A DNA stretch of 64,000 bases from Chitinophagaceae bacterium (lineage in GTDB: Bacteria > Bacteroidota > Bacteroidia > Chitinophagales > Chitinophagaceae): positions 43,284 to 107,283 of the forward strand of contig JBDSEV010000022.1 of the NCBI GenBank assembly GCA_039919885.1. Reading direction: 5' to 3'. Positions 28,524 to 37,078 of this stretch are shown piece by piece (positions within the stretch are counted from its first letter, which is position 1; every line of letters starts with the position of its first letter). The position numbers and the translations under genes are program-made. Below the pieces are notes generated by a model that did not search any database, had not been told where the DNA came from, and worked only from the letters and a program-made list of their open reading frames with translations.

Positions 28524-28555
28524 ATTGTAAGAAGAGGCAGCTTGCTTTAGTTTTA
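28524..28555 (+). promoter_or_regulatory. Putative sigma-A promoter of paralog 1 (ATTG-N20-TAGTTTTA)
   Basis: A near match to the -7 consensus TAnnTTTG lies at 28548-28555, with TTG 20 nt upstream. Paralogs 2 and 4 show the same geometry. The implied leader is about 110 nt. Confidence 0.45.
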
Positions 28556-28671
28556 CCCCAGTATCAGTATAAGTATTTTCTATTATTTCAAATAGCGATT
28601 ATAACTATAACACTATAATATAAGTGCTTTTTGTTTTCGGTGTGTTATCGTTCAATCAAGACCCAATATCT

Positions 28672-31600
28672 ATGAAAACATTTTTACCCGCTGCAATTCG
28701 TTGCAGTTTATTTTTGATGATTGTTTTCTTATTAGGAAAACCATCATTAGCGCAAACCGATGCATGTACCAGCCCTCCTTTACTTGTTTCATCCTACGCT
28801 GGCTGTAGTTCTACCGTCGGCACACTGCCCGGCGGAGCATCTTATACTGCTGGGTCAATCTCTTCCATAGGTTGCGGTACAGCATCACGAAATGACGTGT
28901 GGTATACTTTTGTTGCTAACTCAGCTACTCCAACAGTTACATTAACTACGGCTATGGCCAACCCGAGATTGCAACTTTTTTCCGGCAGTTGTGGCTCCCT
29001 CGTAAATGTGATGTGTGGCACTACTGGCGGATCACCTGTTACGATGGCTGCTGCGGGATTAACTGTTGGCACGACCTACTATATCAGAATTTACACGACT
29101 TTAAATGCAAGCGGAAATTTTAATATTTGTATTACAGACCCAACACCACCGGCAAATGATAATTGCGCCGGCGCTGTTAATTTAAATTCCAATAATTCCT
29201 GCAGTAATACCCCAGGAACACTTCTATATTCAACCCCCAGTTCCACAACCGCTTCCTGTGGAACAGCTTCCTCGGGAGATGTTTGGTATAAGTATAACGC
29301 AACTACCGCTTATCCAACCATAACATTGGATATTAACAATACGAATACCACTATTAAAGCAGCGACCGCTGTTTTGGAAATATACTCCGGCGCTTCTTGT
29401 GCCGGGTTAACATCAATTGGTTGCTGGAAAGGAGGCCCCGGGCTTGGTAATTTTTCGGCGAGTCCGGTACTCACCGTGGGCGCCACTTATTACATCCGGG
29501 TATATACAAATACTAATACAGGCAGCTATATTGGATCGGGTAACTGGGCTTTTAATATATGTATCGTCAATCCTTCCGCGTCCAACCCCACGGTGTTCTA
29601 CGGAAAAAGTTATGTAAACATTACGAAAGGTAGTGGCGGCGGTACGGTTGAACCCGGTGACGAACTGGAAATAAGGGGAACCTTTGCTGTTTCTGCAAAC
29701 GCAGCTTACTTCTGCGCTTTTTCAGATAATGTGCCTGCCAATACTACTTATGTACCAAACACCCTGCGGGTACTTACCAATGAAGGAAAAATATACCAGC
29801 AATTTACGGACGCGGCTGCGGATGACGCAGGCACCATTGCACTCGGCGCTGTAACTATTAATTTAGGAAGCGGGGCGACCGCGGCTAGCGGCGGTGCGGT
29901 AAGATTTACCAACCGGCCATCTAACTTCGGCACCACCTGTATTATGGTGGCCTCCTACCGGGTAATTGTAAACGCAGTTTCGCTGGGTACAATCGTTAAT
30001 ATGGGCGGCGGCACCATTGCTTATAGGAACCAGCCGTTGACGCCAGTCAATACCATTACCTTCCCGGCATACAATGCGGTTGTTTATAAAAATTTTGGCA
30101 TTTGTGCAAACACCATTGGCTCCAATGGGGTACTTTCAGAATTTAGCGGAACCTTTGGTTCTGGCAATATGAAAGACCGCGCTGCATCCAGCAAAATTCC
30201 CGCAAATTATACGTACGCGCAGTTTTCTAACGGCAACCCAGGTGACAATTTCTATGGCCTGTCAAATAACTCCAGCTCTGGCGGTGTCAATTATTCAATT
30301 AATCCCAATGAACCCGTTGCAGTGAAACATGTATTTAATGTGTGGGACATCATAGGAGATCATACTGGAGCCACCAATCCATTAGCAGGTAATCCTCCGG
30401 CGGACACAACGGGCGGCAAAACAGGTGGGTACATGGTTGTAATCAATGCAGCCTTTAGAACCGATACTGCGTTTCTCGATACAGTAAAAAACCTGTGTCC
30501 GAACACGTACTATGAATATTCTGCATGGTTCCGTAATATATGCCGTACCTGCGGTGCAGATTCTATCGGCGTGAGCTCTTCCAGCCTGGGATATATTCCA
30601 ACCGGTCCCGGAGATTCAAGTGGAGTGCACCCAAACCTGACATTTAATATTAACGGAAAAGACTATTATACTACGGGCGACATTTTATACAATGGCCAAT
30701 GGATAAAAAAAGGGTTTACGTATCTCACCGGCCCCGCTGAAACCCAAATGATAATTAATATACGCAACAATGCACCCGGTGGTGGGGGCAACGACTGGGC
30801 GGTAGACGACATTGGCGTGGCAACTTGCACGCCCAACCTGGTGATGAACCCAGCGACACCAACCGTAAATGTCTGCTATGGCGATGGCACCTCACTGTCT
30901 GCTGATGTTACCAGCTACTTTAACAATTACACACAATATATCTGGGAAAAAAGTACAGATAACGGCGTGAACTGGTTATCCACCGGCTACAGCGGTACCG
31001 GATCTCCGTTAACCAACGGAACAGAATTTGTGTACACCGCAGTAGGCCCTTCTTTTATCGGCGATTCATCTACGCATAATAACATTTTCCGTTTACGTGT
31101 GGCAAGCACCTCCATTAATCTGGCAGACCCCAGCTGTTCATTTTCAGGCATTAGAACTGTAAAGGTGTATGTAAGCAATTGTATGTGGTTGTTAAAAGCC
31201 AACTTTGTAAACTTCTCCGGCAGCCTGCGCAGTAATCTCGCCGGCCTTCAATGGAAGATGGTAAATGAAAACGGAAAAGAAAGCTATGAAATTGAAAAAA
31301 GTACCGATGGTACCCACTTTACTATCGCTGGCAAACTAAGGTCCACTTCGCCCGATGGAAGCGGCAACTATACATTTGACGATCCTGCGGCGCTGAACGC
31401 CATAACCTATTACCGTATTAAGCTGCTGGAAGAATCAGGATTTAAATATAGTAAAACGGTTATGCTGGCACCTGGTAAAATACCATTTGACGTAAAAGGC
31501 CTGGTGAATCCATTCTCGTCGCATATACAATTTGATGTAATAGTACCCGGTACCGGAGCAATAAAATCTACATTGTTTGATAATTATGGTAAAGTAGTTA

Positions 31601-31743
31601 AAACCCATACCGAACAGGCAGAAAAAGGGGTACATGCAATAAAAATTGCCAACATCAGTAATTTAACCAGTGGCATGTACACATTAAAAGTTCAATGGCA
31701 AAACGAAACGCTTACGAAAAGAATTATTAAAATAACTGAATAG
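28672..31743 (+). CDS. Giant T9SS cargo protein, paralog 1. Order of parts: signal peptide, 2 PPC-like Cys-rich repeats, DUF11-like Ig domain, unassigned GDHTG/GGGGNDWA core, Ig-like domain, Fn3-like YYRIK domain, T9SS CTD.
   Basis: Start taken at the ATG MKTFLPAAIRCSLFLMIVFLLGKPSLAQ; the ORF track starts 48 nt earlier at a GTG. It is collinear with the next three genes, and the motifs are listed in the findings. The C-terminus LVNPFSSHIQFDV...GMYTLKVQWQNETLTKRIIK is a type-A T9SS sorting domain. Confidence 0.88.
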   Translation: MKTFLPAAIRCSLFLMIVFLLGKPSLAQTDACTSPPLLVSSYAGCSSTVGTLPGGASYTAGSISSIGCGTASRNDVWYTFVANSATPTVTLTTAMANPRLQLFSGSCGSLVNVMCGTTGGSPVTMAAAGLTVGTTYYIRIYTTLNASGNFNICITDPTPPANDNCAGAVNLNSNNSCSNTPGTLLYSTPSSTTASCGTASSGDVWYKYNATTAYPTITLDINNTNTTIKAATAVLEIYSGASCAGLTSIGCWKGGPGLGNFSASPVLTVGATYYIRVYTNTNTGSYIGSGNWAFNICIVNPSASNPTVFYGKSYVNITKGSGGGTVEPGDELEIRGTFAVSANAAYFCAFSDNVPANTTYVPNTLRVLTNEGKIYQQFTDAAADDAGTIALGAVTINLGSGATAASGGAVRFTNRPSNFGTTCIMVASYRVIVNAVSLGTIVNMGGGTIAYRNQPLTPVNTITFPAYNAVVYKNFGICANTIGSNGVLSEFSGTFGSGNMKDRAASSKIPANYTYAQFSNGNPGDNFYGLSNNSSSGGVNYSINPNEPVAVKHVFNVWDIIGDHTGATNPLAGNPPADTTGGKTGGYMVVINAAFRTDTAFLDTVKNLCPNTYYEYSAWFRNICRTCGADSIGVSSSSLGYIPTGPGDSSGVHPNLTFNINGKDYYTTGDILYNGQWIKKGFTYLTGPAETQMIINIRNNAPGGGGNDWAVDDIGVATCTPNLVMNPATPTVNVCYGDGTSLSADVTSYFNNYTQYIWEKSTDNGVNWLSTGYSGTGSPLTNGTEFVYTAVGPSFIGDSSTHNNIFRLRVASTSINLADPSCSFSGIRTVKVYVSNCMWLLKANFVNFSGSLRSNLAGLQWKMVNENGKESYEIEKSTDGTHFTIAGKLRSTSPDGSGNYTFDDPAALNAITYYRIKLLEESGFKYSKTVMLAPGKIPFDVKGLVNPFSSHIQFDVIVPGTGAIKSTLFDNYGKVVKTHTEQAEKGVHAIKIANISNLTSGMYTLKVQWQNETLTKRIIKITE
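28753..29568 (+). repeat. Two tandem in-frame PPC-like Cys-rich domain repeats inside paralog 1
   Basis: Each unit has the form [N]D.C..A......C....GTL....(C)GT....DVWY.[FY]......P[TS][IV]TL......[RV][LI][QE][LI][FY]SG[SA]C..L....C......L..G.TYYIR[IV]YT....G.[FW].F.ICI. The boundary between units is at 29139/29140. Confidence 0.8.
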
Positions 31744-31971
31744 TGCAGGCTAGCCTTCTAACTGGAAAACCGGAATTAATAAAAGTTCGACGTAAAATAA
31801 AAATTAAAAAGTATCACCTGCGTTCATCAACCATGCGGCTGTGAGATGCAGGTGTTGGGAAGGCAACACAATAGAGCCGTGGCTTATTCCGGTATGCGCT
31901 GTACCAAGCTCTATTTATCCGGAGTTATCGACGCCAACAACCATGTTGTATACTTTTCATTTTTTAAAATC

Positions 31972-32019
31972 GTAAAAGAACGATTCAGTTATCGGGTAAA
32001 AAGACGATTTGAACGAATA
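31972..32019 (+). promoter_or_regulatory. Conserved 48-nt upstream block of paralog 2 (partner of 28464-28511)
   Basis: The block gtaaaagaacgattcagttatcgggtaaaaagacgatttgaacgaata matches the paralog 1 block at roughly three-quarters of positions by eye. It has the same 12-nt spacing to the -33 element. Confidence 0.45.
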
Positions 32020-32031
32020 GAGAGCTTTTCG

Positions 32032-32063
32032 TTTGCAGACAGAAATTGCCTGTACTAGTTTTG
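32032..32063 (+). promoter_or_regulatory. Putative sigma-A promoter of paralog 2 (TTTG-N20-TAGTTTTG)
   Basis: Exact matches to the Bacteroidetes -33 TTTG (32032-32035) and the -7 TAnnTTTG (32056-32063), separated by 20 nt. The ATG is 114 nt downstream. Confidence 0.5.
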
Positions 32064-32176
32064 CGGAATGTACATCTAGATGCTATAGCCTATACTAAGA
32101 AATTTTATACATAGTAATTGCTAAGTGTTTGTACGTCTGTAGCCATTTTTTTATTAGTCGGGTAAGATCTCAATCT

Positions 32177-35100
32177 ATGAAAACGTTTATATCTGCTTCC
32201 TTTCGTCGTGTAAAGACGCTTTTTGTTTTAATGGTTATTGTACTTGCGGGGTATCAATCTTTTGCCCAGGCGCCTGCCAATGACCTTTGCATAAATGCAT
32301 CGCCGCTAACGGCTGCGGTTACCTGTAACGCTGTGGCCGGCACATTAAGTGATGCTACCGTTTCGATACCCACCCTAACTGGTTGTGGCACCACAGGTGC
32401 AGATGTTTGGTATACTTTTGTTGCGCAATCCGCGTATCCCAATATTACATTGAGCAATCCGGGCGCTAGTCTAACTGGTACCAATGCGCGTATTCAACTT
32501 TTTTCTGGAAGCTGCGCGAGCCTTACCCAGCTGGGTTGTATCAGCGGAACTTTTTTAAGTACCGCCAGCGTTTATCCCGCAGGCCTTATCACCGGCAATA
32601 CTTACTATATAAGAATATATTCGGCCACTGTTGCACCCACTGGTGGTGCTGCATGGGATTTTTCTATTTGTGTTACGGATCCGCCCGCAAACGATCTTTG
32701 CAGCAATGCTTTGTTATTAGCATCTGCTACTTCCTGCACGCCAACCGCAGGCACTTTAAACAATGCGGCAGTATCAATACCCGCAATTGCCGGGTGTGGC
32801 ACAACGGGCGGCGATGTGTGGTACACGTTTGTTGCACAGTCTGTTTATCCCTCTATAACATTAGGCAGCCTTGGATCAAGTCTTGCCGGTACCAATGCAC
32901 GTATACAATTACTTTCAGGTGCGTGCGGAAGCTTAACAGCACTGGGTTGTGTCTCAAACAGCGTCTTCAATACTGCCGCGGCGTATCCAACCGGGCTAAC
33001 GCCAGGTAATACCTATTATATAAGAATTTACTCAAACACACTGGCGCCAACAAGTGCTGCCACTGCGTGGGATTTCTCTATTTGCATAACAGATCCACCA
33101 ATAAATGATCTCTGTACCAATGCTACAGCACTTGTATCAGCTAATACCTGTTCTGCCGTACCGGGTACACTGAATTATGCAGCCGTTTCTGTACCAACTA
33201 TTGCTACTACCTGCGGAACTGCTGGCGCGGATGCCTGGTATACTTTTGTTGCACAGTCAGTATATCCATCCATTACTTTAAGCAACCTTGGATCAAGCCT
33301 GACGGGAACCAATGCCCGCATACAATTGTTTTCGGGCACCTGTGGCACATTGAGTTCACTGGCCTGCGTGGCCACCAGTACGTTTAATACCGCCGCTGCT
33401 TACCCCGCTGGCTTAACACCGGGCGATACCTATTATATCAGGATATATTCAAATGCTGCGGCGCCGGCAAGTGCCACCACTGCATGGGATTTTTCCATCT
33501 GTGTTACGGACCCTCCCACAAATGACCTTTGTACGGACGCCACTGTACTGGTATCAAACAATATTTGCAGCAATACTTCCGGTACCCTTAACAGTGCAGC
33601 AGTATCCGTCCCAGCTATTACCACCACCTGCGGAACTGCCGGCGGAGATGTATGGTATTCTTTTGTGGCGCAATCTGCCTACCCAACCATTACGCTCAGC
33701 AGTATGGGAATAAATATCAATGGCAACGCCAGGATACAAATATTTTCTGGCAGCTGCGCCAGTATGACTTCACTCGCCTGCGTATCAGCGGCCAGCTTTA
33801 ATACTTCAATCAGTTACCCCGCAGGGTTAACACCGGGCAATACTTATTTCGTAAGAATTTATTCCAATACACTTGCGCCGGCAAGCGTCACCGGTGGCTG
33901 GGATTTTTCCATTTGTATAACGGATCCACCGGTAAATGATAATTGTGCGAATGCAATCGCATTAACATCCGCCAGTGTGTGCAGCAATATTGCCGGCACC
34001 ATGGGTAGTGCTACTTATTTTGCTTCGGGTGCTGTGGCTTGTTCGGGCACCGACAGGTATGACGTTTGGTACACATTTATCGCGCAAAGAACAAACCCTA
34101 CCATTACTATCAGCAGTGCAGGTGCAGGGTTTAACACGCCAAGAATACAGGTGCTGTCTGGTACCTGCGGCAGTTTTATTTCTACCGGTTGCAATGGCAG
34201 TACTTATACACCCACCGGGTTAACCATTGGTGCAACTTACTATGTGAGGGTTTATTCTACCAACAACCCCATACCCAACATAAATGCAGATTTTAATATT
34301 TGTATAACGGACCCCGCATTGCCTGCGAATGATGATTGTGCAGGCGCCACGGTGATAACTTCAGCACCAGCCTGCTCCAGCACTGCCGGAACCTTGTTAA
34401 ATGCTACGGCCACCACCGGTGTGCCTGGTAATTGCGGCGACGCCAATTCACCAGATGTATGGTATAGCTTTGTGGCCAACACGCCTTTTCCTTCCATTAC
34501 GCTCGGAAGTTTGGGCGCACAGTTTGCTGCTGCCGGGCCAAGGGTTCAAATTTTGTCTGGCACTTGCGGAAGCTTCACCTCCCTGGCATGTACAAACACT
34601 ACTTCTTTCAACACATTTCTGCCAAGCGGACGAACAGGTCTTACTATCGGTAACACGTATTATATCCGTGTTTACACCAATACAGCTATAATGAGCGGTG
34701 CCAACTGGAATTTTAATATTTGTGTGACCGAACCCGCTGCACCCGCTATAGATTATGGGAGGAGTTATGTAAATATAACCAAGGGATCAAACGGTGGTAC
34801 CATTGAACCAGGAGATGAGCTGGAGATGCGGGCAACCATGTCCGTGAGATCCAACTCGGCTTATGGCGTATCCTTTACGGGTGCTATTCCGGCCAATACA
34901 ACTTATGTACCCGGCACGCTCCGGATACTCACCAACGAAGGAAAAATTTATAAACAATGGACGGACGCCGCAGACGGCGATCCCGCTACCATATCAGGTT
35001 CAGCAATTACTGTGAACCTTGGATCTTCGGCCGATCAATTACTCGGTGGTGTTATGAAGAGTAGTGACAGACCTGTGGCAGGTAGTACCTGTCTTAATAT

Positions 35101-36907
35101 TGTCTCCTTCCGTGTAATTGTTAATGCCATTGCTTTTGGCACCCCGTTAAGCGTTGGTGGCGGAAATATTTCCTACTATAATCCATCCAGTGCTACCGGT
35201 CCCATTAATATTACTTTCCCGGATGTTACGGCCATCGTTTATAAAAACTATGGCATCTGCACCAATACCATCGGCAGTAACGGTATATTGTCTGAATATG
35301 GTGGCACATTTGGATCAGGTACACAGAAGGACCGCGATTCATCACTGAACATACCAACCAATTATCAATACAAAGTGTTTACCTCTGGTGCCCCGGGCGA
35401 TTACTTCTATGGAATGTCTAATAACACCAGCACAGGTACAGGGCCAGCCAACTATTCCATCGACCCTAACGATCCCGTAGCAGCGCATCGTGTGTTTGCG
35501 GTGTGGGATATCATTGGCGACCATACAGGTGCAGCGAACCCCCTGGCAGGAAATTTACCGACAGATGTAAACAATGGTTTCAGTGGTGGTTACATGGCGG
35601 TTATCAATGCATCTTACCGGACCGATACTGCTTTCCTTGATACGGTAAGAAATTTGTGTCCCAATACTTCTTACGAGTATTCCGCATGGTTCAGGAATAT
35701 TTGCCGGAGGTGTGGCGTAGACTCAGTGGGCACACAGGCTTTAAATCCTGGTTACCTGCCAACCGGCCCGGGCGATTCATCGGGTGTACATCCCAACCTT
35801 ACTTTTAATATTAACGGCTTTGATTATTATACAACCGGAGACATGGGTTATACGGGCCAATGGGTAAAAAAAGGATTTACCTATCGCACCGGCCCATCAG
35901 AAACCCAGATGATCATTAATATACGCAATAACGCACCCGGTGGTGGCGGTAACGACTGGGCAATTGATGACATCGGCGTGGCATCGTGCACACCTATACT
36001 GGAAGTTAACCCGGCAGATCCCTTACTAAAAGTATGCTACGCGGATGGCGCATCTATTTCAGCCAAAGTGAAAAGCTATTTCGATAACTATACTTACTAT
36101 ATATGGGAAAAAAGTACGGATGGTGGGGTTAGTTTTACCTCCACAGCCTACACCAGCGCCGGCACCATAGCACCGGTATTCAACGGATCTGAATATGAAT
36201 ACACGGCCACCGGCCCGTCGTTCATCGGTGATTCTACCACCCACAACAATGTTTTCAGGCTGCGGGTAGCCAGCTCAGCAGGCAACCTGGCTGATCCCTC
36301 CTGCTCTTTCATTGCAGCCAGAACAGTAAAGGTGTATGTTAATAATTGTATGTGGTTGTTGAAAACAGATTTCGTGAATACGACGGGATCAATCCATAAT
36401 AACCTTTCCGAAATTCAATGGACCACGGTAAACGGAAATGGCAAAGAATATTATGAGGTAGAAAAAAGCACAGATGGCAGCTCCTTTACCAAAATTGGCA
36501 AAGTAAATTCCCATGTGCTTACCGGCAACAGCGTGTATCATTTTACTGACCCAACTGCTATTGCCGGCATGCAGTATTACCGCATTAAATTAGTAGAAGA
36601 AAATGGTTTTAAGTATAGCAAAACAATTTTGCTGAATACGGGCAAGGCCAATTTTTCCGTACAAAACCTGGTGAACCCATTTGCAAATACCATCTCCTGC
36701 AACGTTGTATTACCGGCAGACGGAGATGTACGCACCACCATTTTTGATATGTATGGAAGGGCGGTAAAAACATACCGGCAGTCTACGATAGCTGGTGTTA
36801 GCCCGCTTCAGATCCGTGACCTTGGGTCGCTGAGCGCAGGTACCTACTTTTTAAAAATAGAATGGCAAAATGAAAGCATTATCAAAAAGGTGATTAAATC
36901 TAAGTAA
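32177..36907 (+). CDS. Giant T9SS cargo protein, paralog 2. It has six PPC-like repeats, then the same DUF11-like, core, Ig-like, Fn3-like and CTD architecture.
   Basis: Start taken at the ATG MKTFISASFRRVKTLFVLMVIVLAGYQSFAQ, giving 1576 aa. Downstream of the repeats it aligns with paralog 1 along the whole length, for example VWDIIGDHTGAANPLAGN, LCPNTSYEYSAWFRNICRRCGVDS, IRNNAPGGGGNDWAIDDIGVASC and YYRIKLVEENGFKYSKTILL. Confidence 0.9.
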   Translation: MKTFISASFRRVKTLFVLMVIVLAGYQSFAQAPANDLCINASPLTAAVTCNAVAGTLSDATVSIPTLTGCGTTGADVWYTFVAQSAYPNITLSNPGASLTGTNARIQLFSGSCASLTQLGCISGTFLSTASVYPAGLITGNTYYIRIYSATVAPTGGAAWDFSICVTDPPANDLCSNALLLASATSCTPTAGTLNNAAVSIPAIAGCGTTGGDVWYTFVAQSVYPSITLGSLGSSLAGTNARIQLLSGACGSLTALGCVSNSVFNTAAAYPTGLTPGNTYYIRIYSNTLAPTSAATAWDFSICITDPPINDLCTNATALVSANTCSAVPGTLNYAAVSVPTIATTCGTAGADAWYTFVAQSVYPSITLSNLGSSLTGTNARIQLFSGTCGTLSSLACVATSTFNTAAAYPAGLTPGDTYYIRIYSNAAAPASATTAWDFSICVTDPPTNDLCTDATVLVSNNICSNTSGTLNSAAVSVPAITTTCGTAGGDVWYSFVAQSAYPTITLSSMGININGNARIQIFSGSCASMTSLACVSAASFNTSISYPAGLTPGNTYFVRIYSNTLAPASVTGGWDFSICITDPPVNDNCANAIALTSASVCSNIAGTMGSATYFASGAVACSGTDRYDVWYTFIAQRTNPTITISSAGAGFNTPRIQVLSGTCGSFISTGCNGSTYTPTGLTIGATYYVRVYSTNNPIPNINADFNICITDPALPANDDCAGATVITSAPACSSTAGTLLNATATTGVPGNCGDANSPDVWYSFVANTPFPSITLGSLGAQFAAAGPRVQILSGTCGSFTSLACTNTTSFNTFLPSGRTGLTIGNTYYIRVYTNTAIMSGANWNFNICVTEPAAPAIDYGRSYVNITKGSNGGTIEPGDELEMRATMSVRSNSAYGVSFTGAIPANTTYVPGTLRILTNEGKIYKQWTDAADGDPATISGSAITVNLGSSADQLLGGVMKSSDRPVAGSTCLNIVSFRVIVNAIAFGTPLSVGGGNISYYNPSSATGPINITFPDVTAIVYKNYGICTNTIGSNGILSEYGGTFGSGTQKDRDSSLNIPTNYQYKVFTSGAPGDYFYGMSNNTSTGTGPANYSIDPNDPVAAHRVFAVWDIIGDHTGAANPLAGNLPTDVNNGFSGGYMAVINASYRTDTAFLDTVRNLCPNTSYEYSAWFRNICRRCGVDSVGTQALNPGYLPTGPGDSSGVHPNLTFNINGFDYYTTGDMGYTGQWVKKGFTYRTGPSETQMIINIRNNAPGGGGNDWAIDDIGVASCTPILEVNPADPLLKVCYADGASISAKVKSYFDNYTYYIWEKSTDGGVSFTSTAYTSAGTIAPVFNGSEYEYTATGPSFIGDSTTHNNVFRLRVASSAGNLADPSCSFIAARTVKVYVNNCMWLLKTDFVNTTGSIHNNLSEIQWTTVNGNGKEYYEVEKSTDGSSFTKIGKVNSHVLTGNSVYHFTDPTAIAGMQYYRIKLVEENGFKYSKTILLNTGKANFSVQNLVNPFANTISCNVVLPADGDVRTTIFDMYGRAVKTYRQSTIAGVSPLQIRDLGSLSAGTYFLKIEWQNESIIKKVIKSK
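32270..34732 (+). repeat. Six tandem in-frame copies of the PPC-like Cys-rich domain (411, 414, 417, 414, 387 and 420 bp)
   Basis: Unit boundaries read directly from the sequence: 32270, 32681, 33095, 33512, 33926, 34313, with the array ending at 34732. Each unit starts P[PA].ND.C and ends [WF][DN]F[SN]IC[VI]T[DE]. Units 1-4 are the most similar to each other and also show DNA-level similarity. Confidence 0.9.
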
Positions 36908-37078
36908 GTCATTCAGTTACTGCGTTCTAAATGCTTTTAATAGAACCGTATACTAAAAACCACTTATCACCGTTTTTACTAGTCAACCAGTAATGCTGCG
37001 AGACAGGGTATTTATTGTTAATCATTGTTTTGATCCGCCGCAATCTTAAAACGAATTGCGGCCGGCAAAATCCATTCT

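Noticed and set aside
32254-34497. Series of antisense and alternate-frame ORFs (for example 32254-32484, 32605-32826, 33175-33375, 33433-33627, 34252-34497 and 32536-33009) with mutually similar translations
   Set aside because: They lie inside the six-copy repeat of paralog 2. Their similarity to each other only mirrors the repeat, and the sense frame has a strong domain signature.
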